64,000 nucleotides of DNA from the NCBI GenBank assembly GCA_965223665.1, contig OZ245011.1, positions 4,096,001 through 4,160,000 on the forward strand. The letters are read 5' to 3'. Numbering within the stretch: the stretch's first letter is position 1; every line of letters begins with the position of its first letter. The notes under the pieces were generated by a model. The model ran no database searches and was not told where the DNA came from. It saw only the letters and a list, made by a program, of their open reading frames with translations. The DNA is from Nitrospinaceae bacterium (GTDB lineage Bacteria; Nitrospinota; Nitrospinia; Nitrospinales; Nitrospinaceae). A program made the translations under genes and the position numbers. Shown piece after piece: positions 1 to 10,783 of the stretch.

Positions 1-4
1 CAAT

Positions 5-886
5 ATGAGGAATTATGTTGATGTTCGAGGAAATGAACCTATTCCTCAATACCGGTTATTTTTTAAGAAAAAAGGGCAAATGGAATTGGTACCTCAAACT
101 GCTGTCCGATTGCAATACAAGGGAGTTTTGGGAAGAGTTTATGCAGATGTTAAGACCTTGAGTGACTATGTTAATAAAAAATTGATCGCTGAGGCGGGTG
201 CTAATGAATCGGTTGAAATGGCCTCTCTTCCGGGCGGATGTTTCATGATGGGTAGCGACAAAGGATCTCATGATGAAAGACCTGTTCATGAAGTGTGTTT
301 GTCCCCTTTTAAGCTGGATAAATATGAAGTCACTCAATCTCAGTTCCAAGCGCGAATGGGATCTAATCCATCAGCTTATGTTGGTGGGAATTTACCAGTA
401 GACAGTATTACCTGGGATGAAGCCAACCGCTATTGTAAGGCTGTGGGGAAACGACTTCCAACAGAGGCTGAATTGGAGTATGCCATACGTGGTGGAAAAG
501 ATGATGTTTTTTACTGGGGAAATAAGGTTACAGGAAAAGAAGCTAACTTTTGTGACAAGGAATGTGACCTGAATATTCGAGTTGAGGGAGTAAGTGATGG
601 CTATAAAACCACTGCACCTGTAGGTCAATTTCCACCTAACCCCTACGGACTTTACGATATCGTTGGTAATCTTGCTGAATGGGCATCCGACTGGATGGAC
701 GAAAATTACTACCGCAATAGTCCTAAGGATAATCCACCTGGGTCTTATCCCTCAAGACACAAAGTCGCCAGAGGAGGAGCCTGGAACACAATCGCAGGAT
801 ACATGAGGCCAACAAATCGTGCTTTTTTTGAGTTTGAAATGAGAATCCCTGGAGTGGGTTTCCGCTGTGCCTCGAGTTCTTTATAA
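5..886 (+). CDS. FGE-sulfatase (SUMF1/EgtB/PvdO-like) domain protein, possibly 5'-truncated by the window edge
   Basis: Motifs FMMGS..DERPVHEV, YEVTQSQF, RLPTEAELEYA, PNPYGLYDIVGNLAEW, RGGAW, GFRC. The catalytic Cys pair of true FGE is absent. Confidence 0.85.
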   Translation: MRNYVDVRGNEPIPQYRLFFKKKGQMELVPQTAVRLQYKGVLGRVYADVKTLSDYVNKKLIAEAGANESVEMASLPGGCFMMGSDKGSHDERPVHEVCLSPFKLDKYEVTQSQFQARMGSNPSAYVGGNLPVDSITWDEANRYCKAVGKRLPTEAELEYAIRGGKDDVFYWGNKVTGKEANFCDKECDLNIRVEGVSDGYKTTAPVGQFPPNPYGLYDIVGNLAEWASDWMDENYYRNSPKDNPPGSYPSRHKVARGGAWNTIAGYMRPTNRAFFEFEMRIPGVGFRCASSSL

Positions 887-910
887 TATATTCAACAATT
901 ACAGCAATTA

Positions 911-946
911 AAAAAGCCAACCCTTTTTAAAAAGGGTTGGCTTTTT
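911..946. terminator. Bidirectional intrinsic terminator
   Basis: Perfect 36-bp palindrome AAAAAGCCAACCCTTTTTAAAAAGGGTTGGCTTTTT between convergent genes. Confidence 0.85.
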
Positions 947-973
947 AACCATGGACCAATCAAAGACCATCTT

Positions 974-2515
974 TTATTGTTTCCCAAATTCCTCACGAAT
1001 TTGATTCTTTAAAACCTTACCCACAGCGTTTTTAGGCAATCCTTCTAAAAAATTAAATTTATCAGGAACCATAAAAGCGGGCAAATTTTCCCGACAATAT
1101 CCCTTAAGCGTGGTATTGTTCATTTTTGAATTATCTTTTAGGACAACACAAGCGATCACTTGTTCACCTAATCTTTCATGAGGAATACCCACAACTGCCG
1201 TTTCGACTATCTCCCCCTGGTTCATTAATACGTTTTCAATTGCCAGGGGAGAAATGTTTTCGCCAGCTCTAATGATCAAATCTTTTTTGCGCCCCGCTGA
1301 AATAAAGAGCCATCCTTTTTCATCGAAATGGCCTAAATCTCCCGTTTTGAACCACCCATCTTCTGTTAAAACCTGATCCGTTTCTTTGGGAAGTTTCCAA
1401 TATCCCGGCATAACGGTTTCTCCCTTTACCCAAATCTCACCGACTTCTCCTTGAGATTTTGCCAAACCTGTTTCGTCTACTATTTTGACTTCCAGGTTAG
1501 GAAGTACAGGGCCGACGGAACCAACTACGCTTCCATGTTCCATGGTATTTACCGAGATCACAGGGGAAGTTTCCGTTAGGCCATAACCTTCTAAAACTGT
1601 TACAGAAAACAGGTCTTCAACTTTTCTCAATAAGGCGTGGGGTAAAGCGGCTCCTCCTGATATGCAATACTTTAAAGAGGAAATATCAAAAGGCTGCCGA
1701 CTTTGAATTTGTGTCAAAAAAGAATAAATAGATGGAACCAGGGGGAGTAAGGTTGCTCGATGATTTTGAATTGCATCTAAAATAGATTTTGGCTGAAATT
1801 GTGGGAGAAGGATTAAAGTTCCTCCGGCTTTTAAAATTAATAAGGCAATTATATTTCCGAATGAATGAAAAAAAGGAAGGGCCATAATGGCTCGATCTTC
1901 TTTTTTAAATTGAAGCGGTGTTTCCAGCCCCATTAAATTTTTTAAAAACATTTCTTCGTTTAATATAACTCCTTTTGGTTTGGCTGTTGTTCCGGATGTA
2001 TACATGATCAAATCCGGTATGTTTTCATCTCTTTGATGAAAGTTTTTTGAGGGTGTTGGACTGGCACTTTCAATAAAATTCTGAAAAACATATGTATTGG
2101 TAGATATGGAATCTTGATCTGGTATGGCTTGGGTAAGGATCACATGTTTAAATTGATTGAGGAATGGAATAGTTTCTGGTTTTATAAATAATGAATTAAT
2201 TAATAAACAATCAACTTCAGCATTTTGAGAAATGTACTGAAGATTTTCATTATCTAGTAAAACATTAAATGGAATAATGGGGATCTTCTTATAAATAGCT
2301 GCCAAAAAAGCAATTAAATATTCTTTTTGGTTCAGACAGAAAATTCCCAATTTACTTTTGGGTGAAAGATTTAAGGATATTAAACCATTGGCAAACTTTT
2401 CTACTTGATCCAAAAGATCCGCATAAAATAAGGATTGATTGTTATCTATTATTGCAGGATGTTGAGGAGATTGTTTAGCATGATTTCGAATAATGGTATA
2501 GAAATCTGTAGACAT
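974..2515 (-). CDS. AMP-binding long-chain acyl-CoA synthetase family protein
   Basis: MYTSGTTAKPKG, EGYGLTET, GWFKTGDLG, LPKNAVGKV. Confidence 0.9.
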   Translation of the reverse strand: MSTDFYTIIRNHAKQSPQHPAIIDNNQSLFYADLLDQVEKFANGLISLNLSPKSKLGIFCLNQKEYLIAFLAAIYKKIPIIPFNVLLDNENLQYISQNAEVDCLLINSLFIKPETIPFLNQFKHVILTQAIPDQDSISTNTYVFQNFIESASPTPSKNFHQRDENIPDLIMYTSGTTAKPKGVILNEEMFLKNLMGLETPLQFKKEDRAIMALPFFHSFGNIIALLILKAGGTLILLPQFQPKSILDAIQNHRATLLPLVPSIYSFLTQIQSRQPFDISSLKYCISGGAALPHALLRKVEDLFSVTVLEGYGLTETSPVISVNTMEHGSVVGSVGPVLPNLEVKIVDETGLAKSQGEVGEIWVKGETVMPGYWKLPKETDQVLTEDGWFKTGDLGHFDEKGWLFISAGRKKDLIIRAGENISPLAIENVLMNQGEIVETAVVGIPHERLGEQVIACVVLKDNSKMNNTTLKGYCRENLPAFMVPDKFNFLEGLPKNAVGKVLKNQIREEFGKQ

Positions 2516-2729
2516 GATTTTCCAAGCTTCTTTTTCTATTAAATAAAAGACAATAAAAAATAGAATAAAACTTGCAAACAGTCAACCACCCACTTCAAAC
2601 ATGTAATAAATTTAATTTAAAATATTAGAAATGGTTTATTTGAGCGTGAAGCCAGTTTTCATTGTTTTGGCTTATTTATTGTAAGATAATGAATTACTAA
2701 TAAACTTTTATTTTGAGCCTCTTAGTAGA

Positions 2730-4076
2730 ATGAATTTCAGATTAAAAAATGGATTTTCCTTGTTCTCTGCCATAATTTTGGCTTTAACCTTGTTCGGTTG
2801 TTCTTCTGACGAAAAGGAGGAAAGCAAGAAAGCCAATCGTGAGTTGGCTTTGCCCGTTCAAGTTGGACGCGTAATTTTTAAGGATGTGGTGGATGAGGTT
2901 CGAACTGTAGGAAATTTGGTGGCTGAGCAACGCGTTGTCATCACCTCCGAAGTAGATGGAAAGGTAAAACAGATTCCAGTTGAGGAAGGTGATTCAGTAA
3001 AAAAAGGACAATTATTGACCCAAATTGATAGCCGTCAATATAAATTAGAAATTGAGCGACTTCGTGCGGATCGAATAAGCGCCCAAAAGGATTTAGAAAA
3101 AGCTCAAAAAGGGCTCCGACCAGAGGATAAGGAAAAGCTGGAAGCAAAAGTGAAGGCAGACCAAAGTTCGTTGGATTTGGCCCAAAAAGAATTCCATCGG
3201 ATTGAGCAATTGGTAAGAGATGGTGTGGTCTCTCAATCAAACCTGGATGAAGCTAATGATCGTGTGCTGAGGGCAAATGAAACTTTGCGATCCAGTCAAG
3301 CAGAACTGAACGCGGGTTCCAGTTCCAGAGAAGAAGACATTTTAAAAGCAAAATCTAATTTGGAGTCTGTCTCAAAGAAGTTAGCCTTAGCGGAATTGAA
3401 TTTATCCAAAACAAGAATTGAGGCACCTTTTGATGGAGTGATAATTTCTAAAAGGATAGAAGTGGGTGCTTATGCTGGATCAGGTTCAGCGGTAATAGAG
3501 ATGATTAGCTCTTCACGGTTAAAGGTTGTAGTGGAGATTCCACAAAGATATCGAGGGAAATTAAATAAGCTCAGTGAAATAGAGTTTTTTGTTCCGGAGC
3601 TAAATCTAAAATTTTTGATTAATAAACAATTAAATCAAAAAGTGCGAGTGATTCCAGATGCGAATATTTACTCAGGAAATATTAAAGTCCAGGTAGATTT
3701 GCCAAATCCGGATAAGGCACTCTTCCCCGGATTAACTTTAGAAGGAACTTTTCGGTTTGAATCTCGAAAAAACCTTAAACATGTACCTTCGATTTCTCTT
3801 GTAATAAGTGAAAAAGGAACCGTGGTTTACACAGTTAAAGAAGACAGAGCTCAATTGGTTCCGGTTAAAGCATATAACGAACGTGACAATCTTGTTGAAA
3901 TCGAGGATTTCACTCACCAATTGACACCTAAAACAGATTTAATTCTTCGGGGATCGGGGGCTGTTTTTCCTGGAGTAAAAGTCATAGTAACTAACAGAGA
4001 ACCCAAAGCAAAAGCTCCATTCAATTCTGCAAATAAAGGTAAATCTGAGCCACCAGAAGATAAGCCTGAAATCTGA
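2730..4076 (+). CDS. RND efflux membrane fusion protein (lipoprotein)
   Basis: Lipobox-like LFGC, lipoyl half-motifs (VEEGDSVKKGQLL; IEAPFDGVI), long coiled-coil hairpin; stop overlaps start of the RND gene. Confidence 0.9.
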   Translation: MNFRLKNGFSLFSAIILALTLFGCSSDEKEESKKANRELALPVQVGRVIFKDVVDEVRTVGNLVAEQRVVITSEVDGKVKQIPVEEGDSVKKGQLLTQIDSRQYKLEIERLRADRISAQKDLEKAQKGLRPEDKEKLEAKVKADQSSLDLAQKEFHRIEQLVRDGVVSQSNLDEANDRVLRANETLRSSQAELNAGSSSREEDILKAKSNLESVSKKLALAELNLSKTRIEAPFDGVIISKRIEVGAYAGSGSAVIEMISSSRLKVVVEIPQRYRGKLNKLSEIEFFVPELNLKFLINKQLNQKVRVIPDANIYSGNIKVQVDLPNPDKALFPGLTLEGTFRFESRKNLKHVPSISLVISEKGTVVYTVKEDRAQLVPVKAYNERDNLVEIEDFTHQLTPKTDLILRGSGAVFPGVKVIVTNREPKAKAPFNSANKGKSEPPEDKPEI

Positions 4077-7000
4077 TGAAACTTGTTGATCACTCTATTC
4101 GAAATTATCACACAGTTGTCGTTACAATCGTACTTCTGGTGGTGATTGGCATTATTTGTTATAACACCTTACCTCGTCAGCTCACTCCCACGGTAGATAA
4201 ACCTCTTATTGAAGTTACCACAGAGTACCGCGGTCTTTCACCCAATGAAGTAGAGCGAAATATAACTAGACGCTTGGAAGATCAATTAGAATCTGTTGAA
4301 GGTCTAAAAAAAATGATTTCCAGGAGCCAGCACGGAAAAAGTGTGATTACTCTGGAATTTGAGTGGGGAACAGATAAAAAAATTGCCACTATTGATGTCA
4401 ATAATAAGCTTCAACAAGTTAAAGACCTTCCTGTTTTAGCAGATAAACCTGTTCTTAAATCTGTATCCACTGACAATTCCAACCCAATAATGTGGGTAAT
4501 TGTGGAAAAACCAAATCCAAAAATGCCGGATTTGGACCAAAACTATATGTATAAAATCGGTGAGGATATTATTCTTCCCATTCTTAATCGGGTGGAAGGG
4601 GTTTCCATTGTATGGCACTTTGGCGGAGAAGATCGGGAAATGCGCGTTGAATTTGATCCCTATGCAATGGCGCGTCTTCATCTCACTTATGATGAGGTCA
4701 TTAAAAAGCTTTCAGGTGAAAATCAAAATACACGAGCGGGTTTTCACGAAGAAAATAAGCGAGAATATACCGTTCGTACGTTAGGAGAATTTACCGGTCC
4801 TCAGGATATCCTGGATACGGTTATTAAGAGAGATGGTGATAAAACTATCCGTGTAAAGGATTTTGCGACTGTAGATAATGGGTATCAACGTACAACTTCA
4901 ATTGTAAAAATCAATGGAAGAATATCTAATGCTTTTGGAATTATTAGAGAATCCGGTGCAAATGTGGTCAGCACCTGTAATTTGGCAACGGAAGCTGTAA
5001 ACAAGCTTAACAATGAATTGCTTAACCGTGGAATTCCTATGCAGTTAAAAATTGTTTACAAAGATGTCGACTACATAGATGAAGCTATGCATTTAGTGAA
5101 ATCTAATTTGGCACTCGGTGCCATATTGGCAGTTGTGGTTTTACTATTATTTCTAGGATCCTTGCGTTCCGTATTGATAATTGGAGTTACCATTCCCGTA
5201 AGTCTGATCTCCGTTTTTATAATTTTAAAACTACTGGATCGGACCATAAATATTATTTCTTTGGCAGGAATGGCATTTGCGGTAGGAATGGTTGTTGATA
5301 ACTCAATTGTTGTGCTGGAAAATATTTTTCGGCACTTAACTATGAAAAAAGGTGTTTTCAAAGCAGCCTATGATGGAGCAGTTGAAGTTTGGGGAGCAAT
5401 ACTTTCATCAACACTTACAACATTAGCTGTTTTTCTGCCCATTGTTTTTATTCAAGAGGAGGCAGGTCAATTATTCCGCGATATTGCGATAACCATCAGT
5501 GCAAGTATTGCTATGTCTCTTTTGGTTTCCATTACCGCTATTCCAACATTAACCACATTGCTGATTCGATTGCGTCCTGGAGAAGAGTATGATCCGGGAA
5601 TTTTACATAAAACCATACTAAAGCCTGCCGTGGCCATTGGGAGAGGTGTGGCCCGAAGCTACGATAAAACCATGCGAAAGTTGTTAGGGGGTGGTGCAGG
5701 GCATGCCAGTATTAAGGTTTTGGTAGTAGGCGGAATTGCGGCACTATTAGTGTGGAGTATAAGTTTCCTTCCTGATCGAGATTATCTTCCGTTTGGTAAC
5801 AGTAATATGGTTTTTATGTTTATTGAACCGGTAGCAGGAGTTCCTGTTCACCAAAACATGAAATATTTAAGCGAATTTGAAAATGAAGTAATCCAAATGG
5901 AGGATGTGGATAATAACTTTCTCGTCTTTTCTACGGGTTTTAATGGAGGTGGCATGATCATAAACCCTGAATTGGCCAGAGGTCAACGCGGAGAAGTTAA
6001 AATGGCAGTTGAATCTCAAAGGGCAGGGGGAAAAATTTTTACCATTCCGGGTTATCGATTTGCATTCGCTTCTCAAAGACCAATTTTTAGATCTGCTTCA
6101 AAAACTTTTGATTTAGAAATAATAGGTCCAGATATATTGGAATTGAAACGTATTGCGTTAGAGTTAATCAGTAAAATATCACAAACGGAAGGGGTTCACT
6201 CCGTTCGTCCTGAGTTTAAATTTGGAAATCCCGAGCTTCGTTTTATTCCAAAAAGAGTACAGAGTACCCGTATAAAAATGGGTGTGCCGGAAATCGGAGA
6301 TATTATTGAATCCTTAAATGCTGGAAAATATTTAGGGGAATTCAATGACCGGGGAGAACCTATCGATTTTGTTTTGGTTCAAAAGGACTTTGAAAAGTTG
6401 AGTTTGGATGATTATAAAGATCTCCCTATCTGGACGGATGAAGGATTGATGACGAATTTGGGGCATTTGGTAAATTTAGAAATAGCTTCAGGGCCGGCAA
6501 GAATTGATCATATCGAAAAAGAACGGTCTACAAAATTGTTGGTGCAAGTTAAAAAAGATTTTCCTATGCAAAAAGTTATTGATCGCGTGGAAAAGGAATT
6601 TCTTGTTCCTGTGAGAAGAAACTTATCTGAAGAATATGGGTTGCGAATAGGAGGCACGGCAGATGACTTGGCTTCTACTGAAAAATCATTGCTCAATAGT
6701 TTTTATTATGCCGTGGGTTTTATTTATTTGCTTTTGGTTGCATTGTTTAAATCTTTTACCCGACCATTTATTGTTATGCTAACTGTAGCCCTAGCAGTGT
6801 CGGGATCCTTTTTAGGAATTGCTGGAAATAATCTGCTTCAACGGTTTTATATTCGTAGTAACCTTGAAGAAATGGGAGTCCCCGATCCATCTGGTATGGC
6901 TGCGGGATGGAATTGGATTACCTTTGATATCCTAACTCAGTTAGGGATTATCATATTAGCAGGAATCGTTGTAAACAATGCCATATTGATAGTCCATCAA

Positions 7001-7339
7001 ATGCTTAATAATGTCAAAGCGGGTTTGGATGAACGGGAAGCTTTGATTCAATCTTGCGAATCGCGTTTGCGTCCCATCATGATGACGGTTATATCTTCTA
7101 TCTTTGGAATGGTTCCCTTAGCATTTGGTGAAGGCGCGGGGACTGAACTTTATCGAGGTATGGGAACCGCGCTTATTGGTGGTTTAGCTTTTAGTGCATT
7201 GTTCACCTTGTTTTTGGTTCCGGTTTTGATTTCTTTAATGACTGATCTTGGAATTCACACTCGAAAAGAAGAGTTGATAAAGCAATCACTGGAGGATGAA
7301 AACCCAACTCCTCCACCCAGTTCAAGTATTCCAGCATGA
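4076..7339 (+). CDS. AcrB/AcrD/AcrF-family RND permease
   Basis: 1087 aa; GMVVDNSIVVLENI, GIVVNNAIL, RLRPIMMT, two large periplasmic loops. Confidence 0.92.
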   Translation: MKLVDHSIRNYHTVVVTIVLLVVIGIICYNTLPRQLTPTVDKPLIEVTTEYRGLSPNEVERNITRRLEDQLESVEGLKKMISRSQHGKSVITLEFEWGTDKKIATIDVNNKLQQVKDLPVLADKPVLKSVSTDNSNPIMWVIVEKPNPKMPDLDQNYMYKIGEDIILPILNRVEGVSIVWHFGGEDREMRVEFDPYAMARLHLTYDEVIKKLSGENQNTRAGFHEENKREYTVRTLGEFTGPQDILDTVIKRDGDKTIRVKDFATVDNGYQRTTSIVKINGRISNAFGIIRESGANVVSTCNLATEAVNKLNNELLNRGIPMQLKIVYKDVDYIDEAMHLVKSNLALGAILAVVVLLLFLGSLRSVLIIGVTIPVSLISVFIILKLLDRTINIISLAGMAFAVGMVVDNSIVVLENIFRHLTMKKGVFKAAYDGAVEVWGAILSSTLTTLAVFLPIVFIQEEAGQLFRDIAITISASIAMSLLVSITAIPTLTTLLIRLRPGEEYDPGILHKTILKPAVAIGRGVARSYDKTMRKLLGGGAGHASIKVLVVGGIAALLVWSISFLPDRDYLPFGNSNMVFMFIEPVAGVPVHQNMKYLSEFENEVIQMEDVDNNFLVFSTGFNGGGMIINPELARGQRGEVKMAVESQRAGGKIFTIPGYRFAFASQRPIFRSASKTFDLEIIGPDILELKRIALELISKISQTEGVHSVRPEFKFGNPELRFIPKRVQSTRIKMGVPEIGDIIESLNAGKYLGEFNDRGEPIDFVLVQKDFEKLSLDDYKDLPIWTDEGLMTNLGHLVNLEIASGPARIDHIEKERSTKLLVQVKKDFPMQKVIDRVEKEFLVPVRRNLSEEYGLRIGGTADDLASTEKSLLNSFYYAVGFIYLLLVALFKSFTRPFIVMLTVALAVSGSFLGIAGNNLLQRFYIRSNLEEMGVPDPSGMAAGWNWITFDILTQLGIIILAGIVVNNAILIVHQMLNNVKAGLDEREALIQSCESRLRPIMMTVISSIFGMVPLAFGEGAGTELYRGMGTALIGGLAFSALFTLFLVPVLISLMTDLGIHTRKEELIKQSLEDENPTPPPSSSIPA

Positions 7340-7362
7340 TAGCTAAGGTATTTTGAAATTTT

Positions 7363-8055
7363 TTAAGAGGAATATTTTTCTTTAATTTCTAATAATTTTT
7401 CTTGTTGATATTTGGGTGTCACGATACCACAGGAAATAATAAATTTAATTCCTTCTTCAACCGTCATGCTCAGTTCGGTTACTTCATTTAGAGGGGCAAA
7501 AATTAAAAAACCGGAGGTAGGATTGGGTGTAGTTGGAACAAAAACATTAACTACATTTTCTTCGGTTAAAGCTTGAACTTCTCCTCGGTTTTCTGTTGTT
7601 ATAAATCCCATGGAATATAATCCTTTTCGTGGAAATTCCAGGATAACTACTTTTCGGAAAGCTTTTGTGTCTGCATTGGCGATGGTGGTTACAATTTGTT
7701 TTACTCCGGTATAAATATTTCTTACCAATGGAATTCGATCTACAATCATTTCTCCTAATTGCACCAGCTTTGAACCCAAGAAACTTCTTGTTAAAACTCC
7801 AAAAAGAAAAATAAAAATGATGGTCATAATGACCCCTAATCCTGGGATTTTATACTTCTCTGGGTCAGGTATCGGAATACCTGCCCACTCAGGGACACGA
7901 GCCCAAATTAGAAGTTTAGTTACCATCGGAGATAGCCAGTTATCCAGGGTCTTAAAAAGAAAATTTAGAATAAAAATGGTAAAGGCGATTGGCAGGGTGA
8001 TTAGGAGCCCTGTAATAAAAATATTACGAATTCGACGCTTAAATGAAGTAAACAC
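7363..8055 (-). CDS. DUF502 membrane protein
   Basis: RIPLVRNIY, EFPRKG, VFVPTTPNPTSGFL. Confidence 0.88.
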   Translation of the reverse strand: MFTSFKRRIRNIFITGLLITLPIAFTIFILNFLFKTLDNWLSPMVTKLLIWARVPEWAGIPIPDPEKYKIPGLGVIMTIIFIFLFGVLTRSFLGSKLVQLGEMIVDRIPLVRNIYTGVKQIVTTIANADTKAFRKVVILEFPRKGLYSMGFITTENRGEVQALTEENVVNVFVPTTPNPTSGFLIFAPLNEVTELSMTVEEGIKFIISCGIVTPKYQQEKLLEIKEKYSS

Positions 8056-8260
8056 AAGGGTGGGTATGAAATAGGATTAAAGTTAAAAAGAGTCAAAGCT
8101 CCTGGAAAAACAAACAAAATAAAATCGAATTTTGCTTATTTCCCATTATATTAAGGAAATAAAACTAAGGCAAGGAAGAAGGAAAAGTCTACCTATGGTT
8201 CCGAATTCCATTTTAATGAATGGTTAAATTTGTTAATATTTAAGGATTATAAGTGTTTAC

Positions 8261-8333
<73 letters not shown>

Positions 8334-8344
8334 CTTTCTATTTT

Positions 8345-8379
8345 AAAAGGGGTCAGTTCTTATGAACTGACCCCTTTTT
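8345..8379 (+). terminator. Intrinsic terminator after the tRNA
   Basis: AAAAGGGGTCAGTTC-TTAT-GAACTGACCCCTTTTT. Confidence 0.88.
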
Positions 8380-8721
8380 ATTGGAAAAAAATCGTTGAAC
8401 GATTGGTTTTGATCTCCAGTGGAGCTTTGAAATATACCGAATTTAGGATCAGTTTTTGTTGCCTATAATGGCGTGATTTTATAATGGTATTTAACTTGGT
8501 CATTAATTGGGAAAAACGGTGTACCAGGTTCGTATTTTTCGAATTATTAGTTTGGTAAAAGGAAATCAACCAAATTAATTGCATTTTGCTTTTTGGAATT
8601 TATGAAAAATTTTTTATAATGCTTCCTCCAATTAAAAGATGGGTGCCCGCTTCATTTGAAACGGTTCGTCCGAATATGAATAAATTCTAAATTTCATGAA
8701 TTGAATGGAAAGAAAATTACC

Positions 8722-9441
8722 ATGAACTACGTTTACCGATTTGTAATTGCCCTAATTGCTCCATTCCTCTTAGTCTCTATCGCCTCCGCTGATGAAAGTG
8801 GTGCTTATAGTATGAATAACGATTGGCAATCCTGTAGTACTTCCGGAATTGTTGATTCTAAGATCTTTCCCAATTGTACAACTTACTCTGGGATTGAGAA
8901 GGATTTTAAATCCTGTGAAAATCCACCTAAAACAATTTATTTTGCACGGCATGCGGAGAAACGATTTAGAGATATCGAGGGAAAAAATAATGCTCCAATG
9001 TATATTCTAAGCAGGACTGGCCAGAGGATGGCGCAGCACCTGGCAAAAGTCTTTGAGTCCACACCCGTAAAAGTAATTTATACCAGTGATTATACCCGGA
9101 CCCGGCAGACTGCATGCCCGCTGATGCTGAGCAAAGGTTTAGACCGTCAGATTATTTGCAAACTGGAAACCAAAAGTGATCGGTTTCTTCAGGGTGGGCT
9201 CTGCAAATCACACAAAAATGAGGTGGCTGTGGTAATCGGGCATGCTGATACGGTAGATGAAATGCTCATCAATTTGAAAGCCATTGGGCCTCGGGATGGA
9301 TTCAAGGTAAAACTTGGAGAACTCTATAAAGTTACCTTCCAGGATGGGAAAGCAATATTACAACAACCCGCAATTCGTTACTGGAATTGTGATGCTTCCG
9401 AATGTCATAAAAATGGGGCTTTGGATGTAAAACTGGATTAA
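8722..9441 (+). CDS. Secreted histidine phosphatase superfamily protein (ATG 8722 preferred over TTG 8701)
   Basis: Signal peptide ending ASA; FARHAEK (RHG-like), TSDYTRTRQTA, VIGHADT. Confidence 0.75.
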   Translation: MNYVYRFVIALIAPFLLVSIASADESGAYSMNNDWQSCSTSGIVDSKIFPNCTTYSGIEKDFKSCENPPKTIYFARHAEKRFRDIEGKNNAPMYILSRTGQRMAQHLAKVFESTPVKVIYTSDYTRTRQTACPLMLSKGLDRQIICKLETKSDRFLQGGLCKSHKNEVAVVIGHADTVDEMLINLKAIGPRDGFKVKLGELYKVTFQDGKAILQQPAIRYWNCDASECHKNGALDVKLD

Positions 9442-9564
9442 TTGTTTTTGTTGAAAATACGTATTCGCTTTCTCCCCTCAAGAACTTAACTTAAGATCTG
9501 TATCAGTTAATAGTATTGGTTTTTGTTTGAGGTTAAACTCCTCCCAGATCCGAATAATTTTTAT

Positions 9565-9590
9565 AAGGGTTACGTCAATTACGTAGCCTT
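9565..9590 (+). terminator. Possible weak terminator hairpin
   Basis: AAGGGTTACGT-CAATT-ACGTAGCCTT, imperfect stem. Confidence 0.35.
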
Positions 9591-9956
9591 AATTGTTTGT
9601 AGAGAAATCGATCAATTTATCGTTTTTAATCTAGATTGCCATTAAATTGTTAAGAATTAAATATTACCCATATTGATGCACTTTTTTGGGTCAGTATTTA
9701 GGGATATACAAAGTGGTATAAATTAGGCCTTGGATTTTCTTCGGGTCGGCTCCCTTCCATATATTTTCATAAATAAAAGACAATTCTTAATCTCAAATTT
9801 AGTTTAATTAAATTAAGCTATTCCTCAAATAATATAAAATATCTTAATCGTTTGGCATGCTTCTAAACTAACAGTTAACGGGCAACAGTAGTTTGAACCG
9901 TTTTATTAACCTAAATCACCTGCTTCGGATGATTACCGTAATCAAGGAGGCTAGTC

Positions 9957-10217
9957 ATGTTTAAGAAAATTCATTTAAGAGTAACTAGTGTATTAATGGC
10001 TTTATTTTTATTTTCCGGATTTGGATTCATAACTCCAACAGTTGATGCTGATTTCGGCCTGAAAAATGACCCAACCATTGGAGAAATTATAGATAATGGA
10101 CTATTTGAAGATGATGGTTCTGAACATGGTATGTGGAACCAATATGGAAAAAATAATATCTCCATTTTCCCAGCTCCCGATGAAGAAGTAGAAGATGATG
10201 GAACCGAATGGGATTAA
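9957..10217 (+). CDS. Small secreted acidic hypothetical protein (86 aa)
   Basis: Strong RBS AAGGAGG, signal peptide, Asp/Glu-rich mature part. Confidence 0.7.
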   Translation: MFKKIHLRVTSVLMALFLFSGFGFITPTVDADFGLKNDPTIGEIIDNGLFEDDGSEHGMWNQYGKNNISIFPAPDEEVEDDGTEWD

Positions 10218-10380
10218 TAATCCATTAACAATCCTTAAAAAAGAAGTTTGTTTGTCTATTCCATGATGTTATGGAAAATGAAGAAACTTAAAAAGAAATT
10301 TGGAGTGAGATTTGATGGGAATTCTGAAGGATATATAAAATGATAGAAGTAAGTTTTAATTCAGTTTTACTCTTATTATA

Positions 10381-10412
10381 AAAAGGGTTACGGAAATTTC
10401 CGTAACCCTTTT
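10381..10412 (+). terminator. Intrinsic terminator
   Basis: Perfect 32-bp palindrome AAAAGGGTTACGGAAATTTCCGTAACCCTTTT. Confidence 0.8.
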
Positions 10413-10783
10413 CGATTGTTTATTGGTTTTGACATGTTTAGCTTATCAAAATGTTTTAACTCAAAATAATTAAGGGGTTGTTTTTATATGATTGTAATCT
10501 TTCAGTTTTTTCCTTAAAGGCAGCCTTTTTTAAATTTCGGATATTAAAACAAGTTACTGAAATATATAGAAATTTGGCTTTTTTTACTCATAAAACCGTT
10601 GGTAGAATTTTTGTAATTTATTATTAGTCACTGATTCTTCTGTTTCTTTTTTTCACTCGTTTTATAATAGAGATTAGGGAGAATCCTCATCGGTTTCTTT
10701 TTCATCTAAATATTTAGATGTCAAAAGGGTTTTTTGAGGGAGGGGGATCTTTTAATGGTTGTATAGTTTTTGAGGTATATGTT

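Noticed and set aside
760-886. FGE-sulfatase C-terminus as a diversity-generating retroelement target
   Set aside because: No template repeat or reverse transcriptase is seen in the window.
9852-9868. Sigma54 promoter before the small secreted protein (TTGGCATG...)
   Set aside because: There is no GC at the -12 position.
10263-10343. 26-codon ORF (MMLWKMKK...) after the small secreted protein
   Set aside because: Short, no clear RBS and no recognisable features.
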